From the NCBI GenBank assembly GCA_963714015.1, contig OY970223.1, positions 1,472,001 through 1,536,000 of the forward strand: a DNA stretch of 64,000 nt, written 5' to 3'. Of the stretch, positions 47,121 through 57,606 are shown piece by piece (positions within the stretch are counted from its first letter, which is position 1; each line of letters begins with the position of its first letter). The DNA comes from Vulcanimicrobiota bacterium (GTDB taxonomy: Bacteria > Vulcanimicrobiota > Vulcanimicrobiia > Vulcanimicrobiales > Vulcanimicrobiaceae). The position numbers and the translations under genes were made by a program. Below the pieces are notes generated by a model. The model was not told the origin of the DNA. It searched no databases and worked only from the letters and a program-made list of their open reading frames with translations.

Positions 47121-48765
47121 ACGTGATTCCCTCGAAGTCGACGTCCTTTTCGTAGGTGCGGGCCCCGCGAGTTTGGCGGGTGCTATCCGGTTGATGCAGC
47201 TGGCGAAAGCGAACGGCAAAGAGCTGGAAGTGCTCGTGATCGACAAAGCCGGCGAGATCGGCAACCACGGGCTGTCGGGCGCGGTGATGGATCCCCGCGC
47301 GCTTGACGAGTTGCTCCCGGATTGGCGCAGCGAAGCTCCGGTGGAAGCGCCGGTCAGCGGCGATCAACTCTGGCTGCTCACGAACACCGGCCGCATCAAA
47401 GCCCCGATCGTTCCGCCGATGATGAACAATCACGGCAAGTACGTCGCATCGCTGCAGAAGATCGTCAAGTGGATGGCTTCGAAGGCCGAGGAAGCCGGCG
47501 CTCAAGTCTTCGGCGAGTTTCCGGGGCAGGAACTGTTATGGGACGGCGATCGCGCGATCGGCGTGCGTACGGGCGACAAAGGCTTGGACAAACATGGTAA
47601 TCCCAAGCCGAACTACGAACCCGGCGCCGACATCCTTGCGAAGATCGTCGTGCTCGGCGAAGGGCCGCGCGGTACGCTTGCAAAGCAGGCGATTCCGCGT
47701 TTGAATCTGCACGAAGGACGCGAACCGCAAGTCTATGCCGCGGGCGTCAAAGAACTTTGGCAGTGTCCTCCCGGTTCCGTTCAACCCGGCAGCGTGATTC
47801 ATACGATGGGCTTCCCTCTTCCGAACGACACGTTCGGCGGCGGATTCATCTACGGCATGGCCGGCGACATTCTGGATATCGGCTTCGTCACGGGCCTCGA
47901 TTATAAAGATCCGACGACGGATCCGCATAACGTCTTTCAGCTTTACAAGACGCATCCGGCCGTGCGCGAACTGCTCGACGGCGCCAAGCTCCTGCGCTAC
48001 GGCGCGAAAGCGATTCCCGAAGGAGGCCTTTACGCTATGCCGCGGCTGTACGGCGACGGCTTGCTGCTGATCGGCGATACGGGCGGGTTCCTCAACGGAA
48101 TGCGGCTCAAAGGCGTTCATCTGGCCACCAAATCGGGGATGCTCGCCGCGGAAACGGCGTTCGAAGCGCTGCAAGCCGGCAAATACGATCGCGATCAACT
48201 GTCGTCAATGGAGAGCCGGTTCAAAAATTCGTGGGCGTACGATGAACTCTACAGCGCCCGAAACTTTCACCAAGGGTTCAAAAACGGTCTGGTCAACGGC
48301 ATGCTCAACACGGGCCTGGGAATGTTCACGAAAGGCCGCGGTTTTGGACTTTCCGATCGGCTTCGCGGGGAACCGGGGTTCGAACGCATGGAGAAGCGCG
48401 GCTACCGGCCCAAGGAATCGGCGCGCGCCCCGATCGACAACGTCGTTACGTTCGACAAGCTCACCGACGTGTTCAATAGCGGCACGATGCACGAAGAGGA
48501 TCAGCCGTGCCATCTGAAAGTCGCGGATACGGGCATCTGCCGCGACAAGTGCACCGTTGAATATGGGAATCCGTGTCAGTACTTTTGTCCGGCTAAGGTC
48601 TACGAACCGATGTTCGAGAAAGCGGGAGACGGCGTAACCGGCGCGTTGACGATCAACTTCACGAACTGCGTGCATTGCAAGACGTGCGACATCGCGGATC
48701 CGTATCAGATCATCACCTGGGTCCCTCCGCAGGGCGGCGAAGGTCCCGTATATACCGCGATGTAA
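47113..48765 (+). CDS. Electron transfer flavoprotein-quinone oxidoreductase
   Basis: VGAGPASL, LSGAV, GVKELW, YGAKAIPEGG, HEEDQPCHL, CPAKVYE, NCVHCKTCDI. Confidence 0.94.
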   Translation: MAERDSLEVDVLFVGAGPASLAGAIRLMQLAKANGKELEVLVIDKAGEIGNHGLSGAVMDPRALDELLPDWRSEAPVEAPVSGDQLWLLTNTGRIKAPIVPPMMNNHGKYVASLQKIVKWMASKAEEAGAQVFGEFPGQELLWDGDRAIGVRTGDKGLDKHGNPKPNYEPGADILAKIVVLGEGPRGTLAKQAIPRLNLHEGREPQVYAAGVKELWQCPPGSVQPGSVIHTMGFPLPNDTFGGGFIYGMAGDILDIGFVTGLDYKDPTTDPHNVFQLYKTHPAVRELLDGAKLLRYGAKAIPEGGLYAMPRLYGDGLLLIGDTGGFLNGMRLKGVHLATKSGMLAAETAFEALQAGKYDRDQLSSMESRFKNSWAYDELYSARNFHQGFKNGLVNGMLNTGLGMFTKGRGFGLSDRLRGEPGFERMEKRGYRPKESARAPIDNVVTFDKLTDVFNSGTMHEEDQPCHLKVADTGICRDKCTVEYGNPCQYFCPAKVYEPMFEKAGDGVTGALTINFTNCVHCKTCDIADPYQIITWVPPQGGEGPVYTAM

Positions 48766-48827
48766 ATCGAACGAGAACAAGCGTACACTCGCATGCCTCC
48801 CATTTCCCGGAGGCGATCCATACGCTG

Positions 48828-49994
48828 ATGCGAAGTGCCAACAGAGTGAACACCGGTTTTCGGACAAGCGGCGACGTTGCAGTCATCGGGGCGGGGATCA
48901 TCGGTCTTTCGATTGCGTTCGAATTAGCGGCTCGCGGCGCTACGGTGCGAGTGTACGATACCGGCGAACCGGCGAAAGCAGCTTCCTGGGCAGCCGCCGG
49001 CATGCTTGCTCCGCTTACTGAAAGCATTCCCGACGACGCGATGCGCCGCTTGTGCGAATCATCGCTCGCGCTCTACCCGTCGTTCGCACAGACGATTGCC
49101 AATGTGAGCGGCGTCGATCCGCATCTTCGTCTCGACGGCATCATCACTGCAGCGTACGGCCCGGAAAGACTGGAAGAGCTGACCGATCGAGCGGTCGAGC
49201 TGCAATCTTGCGGCCGCAGGGCGACTATGCTCGATCGGGACGAAACGCTGTCCGCCGAACCCGCGCTGTCCCGCACCGTCGCCGGCGCGCTGTTCGTTGA
49301 AGGCGAAGGACAGATCGATAACCGGCGCCTAGGACGCGCACTCGTCACGGCGTGCGAGGCGGAAGGCGTCCGAATTCAAATCGGAATCGAATCTCTGCTC
49401 GTCGAGTGCGACGAGCGCCGAGCATTGGGCGTCAGAACGGATCGCGGCTTCTTCCCGACGGGCGCCATCGTCAATGCGGCCGGCGCTTGGGCCTCGAGAA
49501 TTCCCGGCGTTCCCGACCACTGCATTCCGGCGGTCTATCCGGTCAAAGGCCAGATGATCGCCATGGAAATCCCCGTCGGGTTCGTCCGGCGAACGACCTG
49601 GGTGCCCGGCGCCTACCTCGTGCCGCGCCCCGATGGACGCTTGCTCGTGGGGGCAACGGCCGAGAATGCGGGCTACGACGTCCGCGTCACTGCCGGCGGA
49701 CTTGAGAATTTATTGCGCGCCGCGGTCACAGCCGCTCCGGCGCTGCGCGATTTTACTGTGAGCGAGGCGTGGGCGGGCCTTCGCCCTGGAACTCCCGACG
49801 AGCGTCCGTTCCTTGGCCCCACCTCGCTCTCCGGTTATTATCTGGCAACAGGGCACTACCGCAACGGCATTCTGCTCGCGCCCGCCACGGCGCGAATGAT
49901 TGCCGACGCCGTCGAAACCGGCGCTGCGGAAATTTCTCCGGAATTCTCGCTCGAACATCGAAGGGAGTCGCGTGAGAGCGTCAATCAACGGTGA
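48828..49994 (+). CDS. thiO: Glycine oxidase
   Basis: VIGAGIIG, ASWAAAGML, PVKGQ, WAGLRP, GHYRNGILLAP; upstream of thiS/thiG. Confidence 0.92.
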   Translation: MRSANRVNTGFRTSGDVAVIGAGIIGLSIAFELAARGATVRVYDTGEPAKAASWAAAGMLAPLTESIPDDAMRRLCESSLALYPSFAQTIANVSGVDPHLRLDGIITAAYGPERLEELTDRAVELQSCGRRATMLDRDETLSAEPALSRTVAGALFVEGEGQIDNRRLGRALVTACEAEGVRIQIGIESLLVECDERRALGVRTDRGFFPTGAIVNAAGAWASRIPGVPDHCIPAVYPVKGQMIAMEIPVGFVRRTTWVPGAYLVPRPDGRLLVGATAENAGYDVRVTAGGLENLLRAAVTAAPALRDFTVSEAWAGLRPGTPDERPFLGPTSLSGYYLATGHYRNGILLAPATARMIADAVETGAAEISPEFSLEHRRESRESVNQR

Positions 49995-50172
49995 GCCGCG
50001 CGATCTTCCCGAAGGGCTGAACGTCGCGCAGTTGCTGCATCACTTGAACGCGCCCGACCGCGGAATCGCGGTCGCGAAAAACGATCGCGTCGTTCGGCGC
50101 GCGGCTTTTGCCAGCGAGCCGGTCCGGGATGGCGATCGAATCGAGATCATCAAAGCAGTCGCAGGAGGCTGA
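49972..50172 (+). CDS. thiS: Sulfur carrier protein
   Basis: INGE, IAVAKND, GDRIEII, C-terminal GG; SD GGGAG. Confidence 0.92.
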   Translation: MRASINGEPRDLPEGLNVAQLLHHLNAPDRGIAVAKNDRVVRRAAFASEPVRDGDRIEIIKAVAGG

Positions 50173-50178
50173 AGCACT

Positions 50179-50959
<781 letters not shown>

Positions 50960-50961
50960 CG

Positions 50962-51281
50962 GTGTTCGAAATTCCGGTCGAAGAGCTCGCGCGCTGGCGC
51001 GCAAGCGGCAAAGAGTTCGTCCTCCTCGACGTACGCGAACCGCAGGAAGTGGCGACGGCGGCACTGCCGGGAGCACTGCACATTCCGATGCGGCAAGTTC
51101 CCACGCGGACGCGGTGAGATTCCACGCGGCGTCGAGGTCGCGGTGCTCTGCCATTACGGCGGCCGCAGCGAGCGCGTCGCGCGTTTTCTGGAGCTCGCAG
51201 GGATTCGTAGGCGTCTACAACGTCGAAGGCGGCATCGACGAATACGCTTTACGCGTCGACCCCTCGATTCCGCGCTATTAG
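50962..51281 (+). CDS. Single-domain rhodanese/sulfurtransferase, two +1 frameshifts (about 51110 and 51200)
   Basis: LLDVREPQE...LHIPM | VLCHYGGRS | VYNVEGGIDEYALRVDPSIPRY across three frames. Confidence 0.85.
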
Positions 51282-51824
51282 GAAAAAGTGAACGCGCCCG
51301 GACGACGGCGCGGCGTGTGCCCAGCGTCCGGCAACGTCATCGACGTTGCGCTCCTCCAACGAATCGATTTGAAATAGCGGTATCAACATTTCGCGAAGCT
51401 GCGGCTCGGTGAAGTACGTATGGGCAACGCCGGGCTCGTCGCCTTCCGTTTCGGCGAACGTCGAATCACCCAAACGCACGCCCCTGCCGTAGCGTGCGTC
51501 GCGAACGGAAGCGAAGGTTGCGTAAAAGGGCGCCGATGATTTGAGCGATTGGGCAACGCGGGCCAATCCGGACGCAATTTCGTCAGGCGCCCCGTGCAAG
51601 AACGCGTGCGTGCTGATCGCAGCGTCGAAGAACCCTTGCCGGCACGGCGGCTCTTCACGTGATTCGACGGCTAAGCCGGCTGCCGTCAATGCGGTGCGGT
51701 TGCGGCCGCTGCCCATTCCGATCTCCAGAACGCGCGCGCCGCGCTGCGTTTGAAGCGCGTGCACGAGTGCGTCTGCGAGCGGATGGGGCCGGAGCTTCTC
51801 TGTGTCCGGAGAATGATCGGTCAT
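51249..51824 (-). CDS. Class I SAM-dependent methyltransferase
   Basis: RVLEIGMGSGRN, FDAAIS. Confidence 0.75.
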   Translation of the reverse strand: MTDHSPDTEKLRPHPLADALVHALQTQRGARVLEIGMGSGRNRTALTAAGLAVESREEPPCRQGFFDAAISTHAFLHGAPDEIASGLARVAQSLKSSAPFYATFASVRDARYGRGVRLGDSTFAETEGDEPGVAHTYFTEPQLREMLIPLFQIDSLEERNVDDVAGRWAHAAPSSGRVHFFLIARNRGVDA

Positions 51825-51916
51825 GCGTTCGCTGCCTCTGATTATCGCGGCCGCCGCAAATGACCTTGCTTTACGCCCCGGCTCTCCGGCTACCGGCCGG
51901 GAAAGGAATCGTAATC

Positions 51917-52372
51917 GTGCTCGAACCCGGCGCGCAGATGCCGCGCGTTGAAACCGTCGACGACACCGGTAAAAGCGTCAATACCGCGGACTTTCTGGGA
52001 TCCACGCTCGTCCTTTGGTTCTATCCAAAAGACGATACTCCGGGTTGAACGAACGAGGCGTCGCAGTTTCGCGACGCGTACGCGCGCTTCCAAGCCAAAG
52101 GCGCAAAGATCGTGGGCGTGAGCAAAGATTCGGTTTCCTCGCATACGAAGTTCAAGGAGAAGTACGGCATTCCGTTTCCGCTTCTCGCCGACACCGGCGC
52201 AGCGGTTTGCGATGCATTCGGGACGATCAGCGACAAGAACATGTACGGCAAGATTCTCAAAGGCATTACCCGCGCGACTTTTTTGATCGACGCGTCGGGC
52301 ACGATTCTGAAAGTCTGGCCTAAGGTGAGGGTCGAGGGCCACGCAGAGGACGTTCTCACATCGTTGCCCTGA
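51917..52372 (+). CDS. bcp: BCP/PrxQ peroxiredoxin, putative selenoprotein (in-frame TGA 52046-52048 at the peroxidatic Cys)
   Basis: FYPKDDTPG-TGA-TNEASQFRD...GVSKDS...LLAD...RATFLID...VEGHAE in one frame; SD GAAAGGAA. Confidence 0.9.
52049..52077 (+). promoter_or_regulatory. Putative bacterial SECIS hairpin
   Basis: Perfect stem GCGTCGC (52058-64) / GCGACGC (52071-77), loop AGTTTC with G at position 2; 16 nt separate the TGA from the loop. Confidence 0.72.
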
Positions 52373-53160
52373 ATGCGGGAGAACTGCGCCTGCTCGTGGC
52401 CGGTTCGAGCCCGTCCGTGCCGCGGCCGGGTAGCGCGTCCAGCTGCTATTTAGTCGAGAGCGCAAACACCCGAGTGATTCTCGACTGCGGCAGCGGATCG
52501 CTGGGGAGCCTGCAGCGGTATGCCGATCCGCTGCAATTGGACGCGGTAGTGGTTTCGCACTTTCACCCCGATCACGTTTTCGATCTGGTGCCGCTGCGCT
52601 ACATGTGCGCGTTCCTTCCGGGGCGCGCGCGACCGATGGACCTCTACGTGCATCCGGGCGGATCGAGCAGTCTGCGGCGGCTCGCCGCGGCAACCGCGAC
52701 TTCGGACGAGGCGCACTTCTTCGATCGGGCGTTCGTCACGCGCGAGTACGCCCCCGGGCGCCAATTATCGATCGGGGATTTACTGTTCGATTTTGCCCAA
52801 ACGGTGCACTACATCGAGGGATACGCGGTTCGCGTCCGTTTTGAGGGGGTTTGCGTCGCGTACTCTGCCGATACCGCTCCGGCGGAATCCGTCGTCGAAC
52901 TCGCGCGCGACGCCGACGTGTTCGTGTGCGAATGCGCGCTCGGAGCGCGCGGAGCCGACCGCAGGCCGCGCGGTCACTGCAACGCCGTGGAGGCGGGGCG
53001 CATGGCAAGCCGGGCCGGCGTAAAATTCCTATTGCTGACGCACTACAGCGCTCACCCATCGCCCGAGGAGTTTCGCGCCGCGGCAGCCGAGGTCTATGGC
53101 GGACCTATCGCCGTTGCCGAGGAGGGCTGGAACCGGACTCTCCGGTCCGGAGCGTTATAG
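52369..53160 (+). CDS. MBL-fold hydrolase (RNase Z/YhfI-like); start uncertain (CTG 52369 or GTG 52396)
   Basis: SSCYLV, LDCGSG, SHFHPDH, YSADT, FVCEC, GH, LTHY. Confidence 0.85.
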   Translation: MNAGELRLLVAGSSPSVPRPGSASSCYLVESANTRVILDCGSGSLGSLQRYADPLQLDAVVVSHFHPDHVFDLVPLRYMCAFLPGRARPMDLYVHPGGSSSLRRLAAATATSDEAHFFDRAFVTREYAPGRQLSIGDLLFDFAQTVHYIEGYAVRVRFEGVCVAYSADTAPAESVVELARDADVFVCECALGARGADRRPRGHCNAVEAGRMASRAGVKFLLLTHYSAHPSPEEFRAAAAEVYGGPIAVAEEGWNRTLRSGAL

Positions 53161-53188
53161 GCTTCGGCGACCGGGTACGCTACCCGTC

Positions 53189-53374
53189 ATGGAACGTCTA
53201 GACGATGAAAATCGAACGATCGAACGAAGCCGTGTCGAGCACGGAAACGTCGAAAGCGCGCCTACCGACGAGTACGACGCCGATTCGACCGGCGGCCGCG
53301 CCGGCTCCGAAAGCGAAGAAGACGACGTTTCTTCCGGCCTCTTGGGTTCGACCGAGAACCTCGACACCGAATAA
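53189..53374 (+). CDS. Small acidic, probably disordered hypothetical protein
   Basis: 61-aa D/E/S-rich ORF filling the gap between convergent genes. Confidence 0.5.
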   Translation: MERLDDENRTIERSRVEHGNVESAPTDEYDADSTGGRAGSESEEDDVSSGLLGSTENLDTE

Positions 53375-53379
53375 ATCCG

Positions 53380-53932
53380 CTAGTTGTCGGTTTTCGCGTG
53401 TCCCCGCGGAAGTGAAAACTGGATCAGAGAGCGCACCGGTGCAAGGCCGCGGCTCACGACCGCGCAGCAAGTAACGCGCAGGTTGAGTTCCTCCAGGCGC
53501 GCTTTTAGCTGCAAGCAGCTCGCGTCCGCTGCTGACGACGTCCTCGATGAGCAGCACCTTTTGACCGGGATCGTATGGGCCTTCGACGTACTCGCCGGGA
53601 AACGCCCCGTAGCCCTTGGGTTCCTTTCGCACGGCGAGCAGCGGTATATTGCTCATCTGCGAAACGGCCGTCGCGATCACGACCCCTCCCAGTTCCGTCC
53701 CGGCGATAAGATCCGGATTGATCTCAGCGATGATCGGCACGAAGAAGCGAGCGATGCGGCGCAGCACGTGCGGATCGGAGAACAGCCGGAACTTGTCGAT
53801 GTAATAATCGCTCCGGACGCCGCCGGAGAGCACGTAGTCGCCGCGCGTAAGTGCGCGCTCGACGATGGTCTTTCTAAGCCAATTCAGATCGGGAAACCGG
53901 CCGATAGGATCGGGCGAACCTAAATACTCCAT
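53380..53932 (-). CDS. pyrE: Orotate phosphoribosyltransferase-like protein, +1 frameshift at TTTT 53503-53506
   Basis: GDYVLSGGVRSDYYID, VRKEPKGYG, LLIEDVVSSG; the corrected frame ends KARLEELNLRVTCCAVVSR...*. Confidence 0.75.
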
Positions 53933-55548
53933 TGCCACGCGTTCCAAGTCTCAATCGCCGGATTCGGGGCGAAGCCTTTGAACGCTACGTTCACCGGCTG
54001 CATGAAGCGCTGGTACCACAGATAGAGCATCGGGTTGTCGCGTTGGAGAAGTTCTTGAATCCGGAAATACGCTTGTTTGCGGGTCGCTTGATCGTAGTTT
54101 TCCAAGGCTTTTTTCTGGGCCGCTTCCATCTCGGGATTGCAGTAGTGGGCATAGTTGTAACCGTGAGGCGCTTCGTTTGCGCAGGTCATCTGCGCCGAAT
54201 CATCGGGGTCGATGCCGGCCGACCAGCCGACGAGTGAGATGTCGAATTTGCCGCTCTGGAGGATCCCGCCTTCACCCGCGGGCGCGAAAAGCACGTCGCC
54301 GTCGAAATATTTGACCTGCGCCTGAACGCCGATCTGCTCGAGCATGGCTTGGATGACGACACTGTTCTTGCGCCTGGTGGTATTGCTGTTGTCCGTGACG
54401 ATGACCAGAACGAGCGGCTGGCCGTTTTTCGTCATGATGCCGTTTTTTGCCGGCGTCCAGCCGGATTGCTGCAGCAAGGCTCGAGCTTTCTGGGGATCGT
54501 ACGGCGTCTGAGTGACGTTCGGATCGAACGACCACATGAAGGGCGGCTGGTCCTCGGTAGCCTCCTTCTCTTGGCCGTACGTCGAGGTTTGAACGAGACG
54601 CCGCTTGTCGATTCCGTAAGCGATGGCTTGCCGCACCAGCGGATCGGATACGAACGGATGCGATAGATTCAAATGCATGTACTCGTAGCCGTTGACGTCG
54701 TCCCATGCTATGCGCACGCCGGGAATCCGCTCGATGGTCGGATAGTTGTTGATGGACGCCTCGAACATCCAGTCGACGTCATGGGTTCGCAAAAGATTGA
54801 CCGTGGTGTCTTCGTTCGGCACGATGCGGATCGAGATTTCGTTCAGGCCCGGCTTTCCCATGAAGAAACCCGTGTTTGCAGCGAGTTGGACGTGATCTCC
54901 GTGCACCCATCGCACGAACTTGAAGGGGCCGTCGCTGACGTCCGGGTTGCTGTTGAACGGAATCTCGTTCACGTTCGGATACTTCGAAAGCACGTGCGCC
55001 GGAACGATCTCCTGCGGAGCGTCGCTGTCGGCGAAGAACGTATTGACGAACGGGGCAAACTTGGCTTTCAGATGAACGATTACGGTGAAGTCGTTCGGCG
55101 TGTCGATGCTGCTGACGTAGTCGTAACCGTGCCGGCTGATCACGTTGTTGTCGGAATTCATGATCGCCTGCCACGTCCATTTGACGTCTTTGCTCGTTAC
55201 CGGGACGCCGTCCGTCCACTTGGCGTCCTTGCGCAAGTGATAGGTTATCGTCAACCCGTCCTTGCTGATGCCGCCGTTCTGCTGAGTCGGCACTTGGGTT
55301 GCAAGCATCGGTATCGGTTCGGCTTTCGGGTTCGCCGTCAGGAGCGGCTCGAACATCAAGCGCGCCAGCATGGCGTCCGTCGTATTGCTTTGCAGCAGCG
55401 GATTGAGATTTTTGAAGTCGGACTGCACCGCAACTCGCAGCACACCGGCCTGCGTTCCTCTGGGGGCGCTGCCCGTGGAGCCCCCGCCCGTTTGCGTGCA
55501 CGCAGCTAATACCGCGCACAGCACGGCGGGCGCCAGGGCGCGCTTCAT
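53920..55548 (-). CDS. Peptide/nickel ABC transporter substrate-binding lipoprotein (family 5)
   Basis: Lipobox LAAC, LNPL, WTDGVPVTSKDV, GPFKF, VRQAI. Confidence 0.9.
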   Translation of the reverse strand: MKRALAPAVLCAVLAACTQTGGGSTGSAPRGTQAGVLRVAVQSDFKNLNPLLQSNTTDAMLARLMFEPLLTANPKAEPIPMLATQVPTQQNGGISKDGLTITYHLRKDAKWTDGVPVTSKDVKWTWQAIMNSDNNVISRHGYDYVSSIDTPNDFTVIVHLKAKFAPFVNTFFADSDAPQEIVPAHVLSKYPNVNEIPFNSNPDVSDGPFKFVRWVHGDHVQLAANTGFFMGKPGLNEISIRIVPNEDTTVNLLRTHDVDWMFEASINNYPTIERIPGVRIAWDDVNGYEYMHLNLSHPFVSDPLVRQAIAYGIDKRRLVQTSTYGQEKEATEDQPPFMWSFDPNVTQTPYDPQKARALLQQSGWTPAKNGIMTKNGQPLVLVIVTDNSNTTRRKNSVVIQAMLEQIGVQAQVKYFDGDVLFAPAGEGGILQSGKFDISLVGWSAGIDPDDSAQMTCANEAPHGYNYAHYCNPEMEAAQKKALENYDQATRKQAYFRIQELLQRDNPMLYLWYQRFMQPVNVAFKGFAPNPAIETWNAWQWSI

Positions 55549-57588
55549 CACACGGCTGCCTTGGGGCCGGTCCACTTTCCGGGAACGGGGTCGAAACGCT
55601 CGTGGCGCCACGAATACGTTCCGAGTCCGTGCGTAGCGGTACGAAGCTCGGTGATATAGCGAGAGAGTTCGACTTGCGGAACGTCGGCCTCGACGACGTC
55701 GTGGCCGGGTTTATCGGCGGGATTCATCCCCAGAATCTGCCCCCGCTTGCCGGTCAACTGTTGGATGACGGCCGACGTGTATTGTGTGGGAACCGTCACC
55801 ATGACGTGCACGATCGGTTCCAGGACGGCGGGGTTGCATTTAGGCAGCGCTTCACGCACCCCCATTCCCGCCGCGGTCTTGAACGACTGCTCGCTCGAGT
55901 CGACGTCGTGGTATGCGCCGTCGAAGAGAATCACGTGCACGTCGGTGACGGGATAGCCCCCCACGCTGCCGTGCATGAGCGCTTCGCGAACGCCTTTTTC
56001 GACAGCCGGAATGAACTGACGGGGCACGACGCCTCCGACGATCTGGTCTTGGAACGTTACGCCGTTGCCGCGTTCCCGAGGTTGAAAGCGCAGCCAGACG
56101 TCTCCGAACTGACCGTGCCCACCGGTTTGATGCTTATAGCGCGAATGGATCTCGGTCCCGGAAGTGATCGTCTCTTGGTAGGGGATCGAGGGCGGCGCGG
56201 TCATGACCTCCACCTTGAATTTGCGGGTGAGCCGCTCGACCGCAATGGACACGTGCTGCTCGCCGTTTCCAAGCAACAGCAGTTCGTTCGTGATCGCCGC
56301 GCGTTCCAGCCGCAGCGACGGATCCTCGTCGATGATCCGGGCGAGCATCTGCGAAATCTTCGCTTCGTCCATGCGCTCTTTGGGTTTGATCGCGACCGCA
56401 AAAACCGGTTCCTCGTGCGGCACGCGCGGCAAGAGCACCTTGGCGCCGTCGGTCAGCGTGTCACCCGTGGAGACGCTCTCAAGGCGGGCAATCGCGACGA
56501 TGCTTCCTGGACCCGCTTCACTTACCGCCTCCTGTTTCTTTCCCTGAAGCCGGTACAGACCGGACGAGCGAACTCTTTCGCCGTTCTTCGAAATGTTCGT
56601 GAGCGTGGCATCGGCTTTGAGCGTGCCGCTGAGCACGCGCACGACGGAAAGTTTTCCCGATTGCGGATGGATCATCGTCTTAATTACGGATGCAATCACG
56701 GGACCGGACGCGCTTGGTTCGATAGGACGCCCTTCCGCGTCGACCATCGGCGCGTCGGCGGGTGAGGGAAACCATTTCTCGACGGCCCGCACGAGTGGAC
56801 CGACACCAAATCCGGTCAAACCGGCGGCGGCGATCACGGGGATTATTTGATCGTGCGAGCACTCGTCGCAGAGATCTTTCTGGACCTCGTCCTGCGCAGG
56901 TTCGACGCCTTCCAGCAGCTCTTCCATCAGGTGATCGTCGAAGTCGGCCATCGCCTCGAGCAGCGCGACGCGCGCGATCTCGACCGCGTCTGCAATCTCT
57001 GCCGGAACCTCGCCGTCTTTCAGCTTTATCGCCTTCGTAGAAATATGCCCGGCGCTCGGCGAGATCGACGAATCCTTTGAAATTTTCGGCCGCACCGATA
57101 GGCCATTGCTCGGCCACCACGTGACGGCCGTAGCACGACTGCAGCGCGTCGAGCGTGCCTGCGAAATCGGCTCCGGGACGGTCCATTTTATTGATGACGA
57201 AGAGGTGCGGCATCTTGCGCGACTCGATGTAGTCGACGAGAATTCTCGTTTGCGCGACGCGCGCGGGGTCGCCCTCGATTACCACTAGAGCGGCATCGCA
57301 GCCGGAGAGTGCGAGCTTGGTCTCTTCGAAGAAATCGACGAAGCCCGGACAGTCGACGAGCGTGACGTCGATGCCGTCGGCCACGCAGTGACCGAAGCCC
57401 ACCGTCGTTGATTGCGCGTGATTGATGCACTCGGGCTCGTAGTCGGTCGTCGTCGTTCCGTCGATGACGCTTCCCTTACGGCCGATCGCCTCGCAACGCG
57501 CGAGAATCGCCTCGGCCAAAGTCGTCTTTCCGGCGTGGTGAGAGCCGACAATGCCGATGTTGCGTACGCGAGAGATGTCGGACGCCAT
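55548..57588 (-). CDS. Elongation factor G-like protein (EF-G2), +1 frameshift near 57026
   Basis: RNIGIVGSHHAGKTT, DCPG, NKMDR | GEQH, KHQTGGHGQFG, GGVVPRQFIPAVEKG, YHDVDSSE, LEPI. Confidence 0.9.
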
Positions 57589-57606
57589 ATGCTCTCCTTG
57601 CGAGTA

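Noticed and set aside
48766..48830. TPP riboswitch upstream of thiOSG
   Set aside because: Region too short and lacks the CTGAGA and CCTGA...GCGTAGGGA-type motifs
52046..52048. bcp as a nonsense pseudogene
   Set aside because: The TGA falls exactly on the catalytic Cys codon, a SECIS-like hairpin follows and the downstream frame is intact, so Sec is more parsimonious
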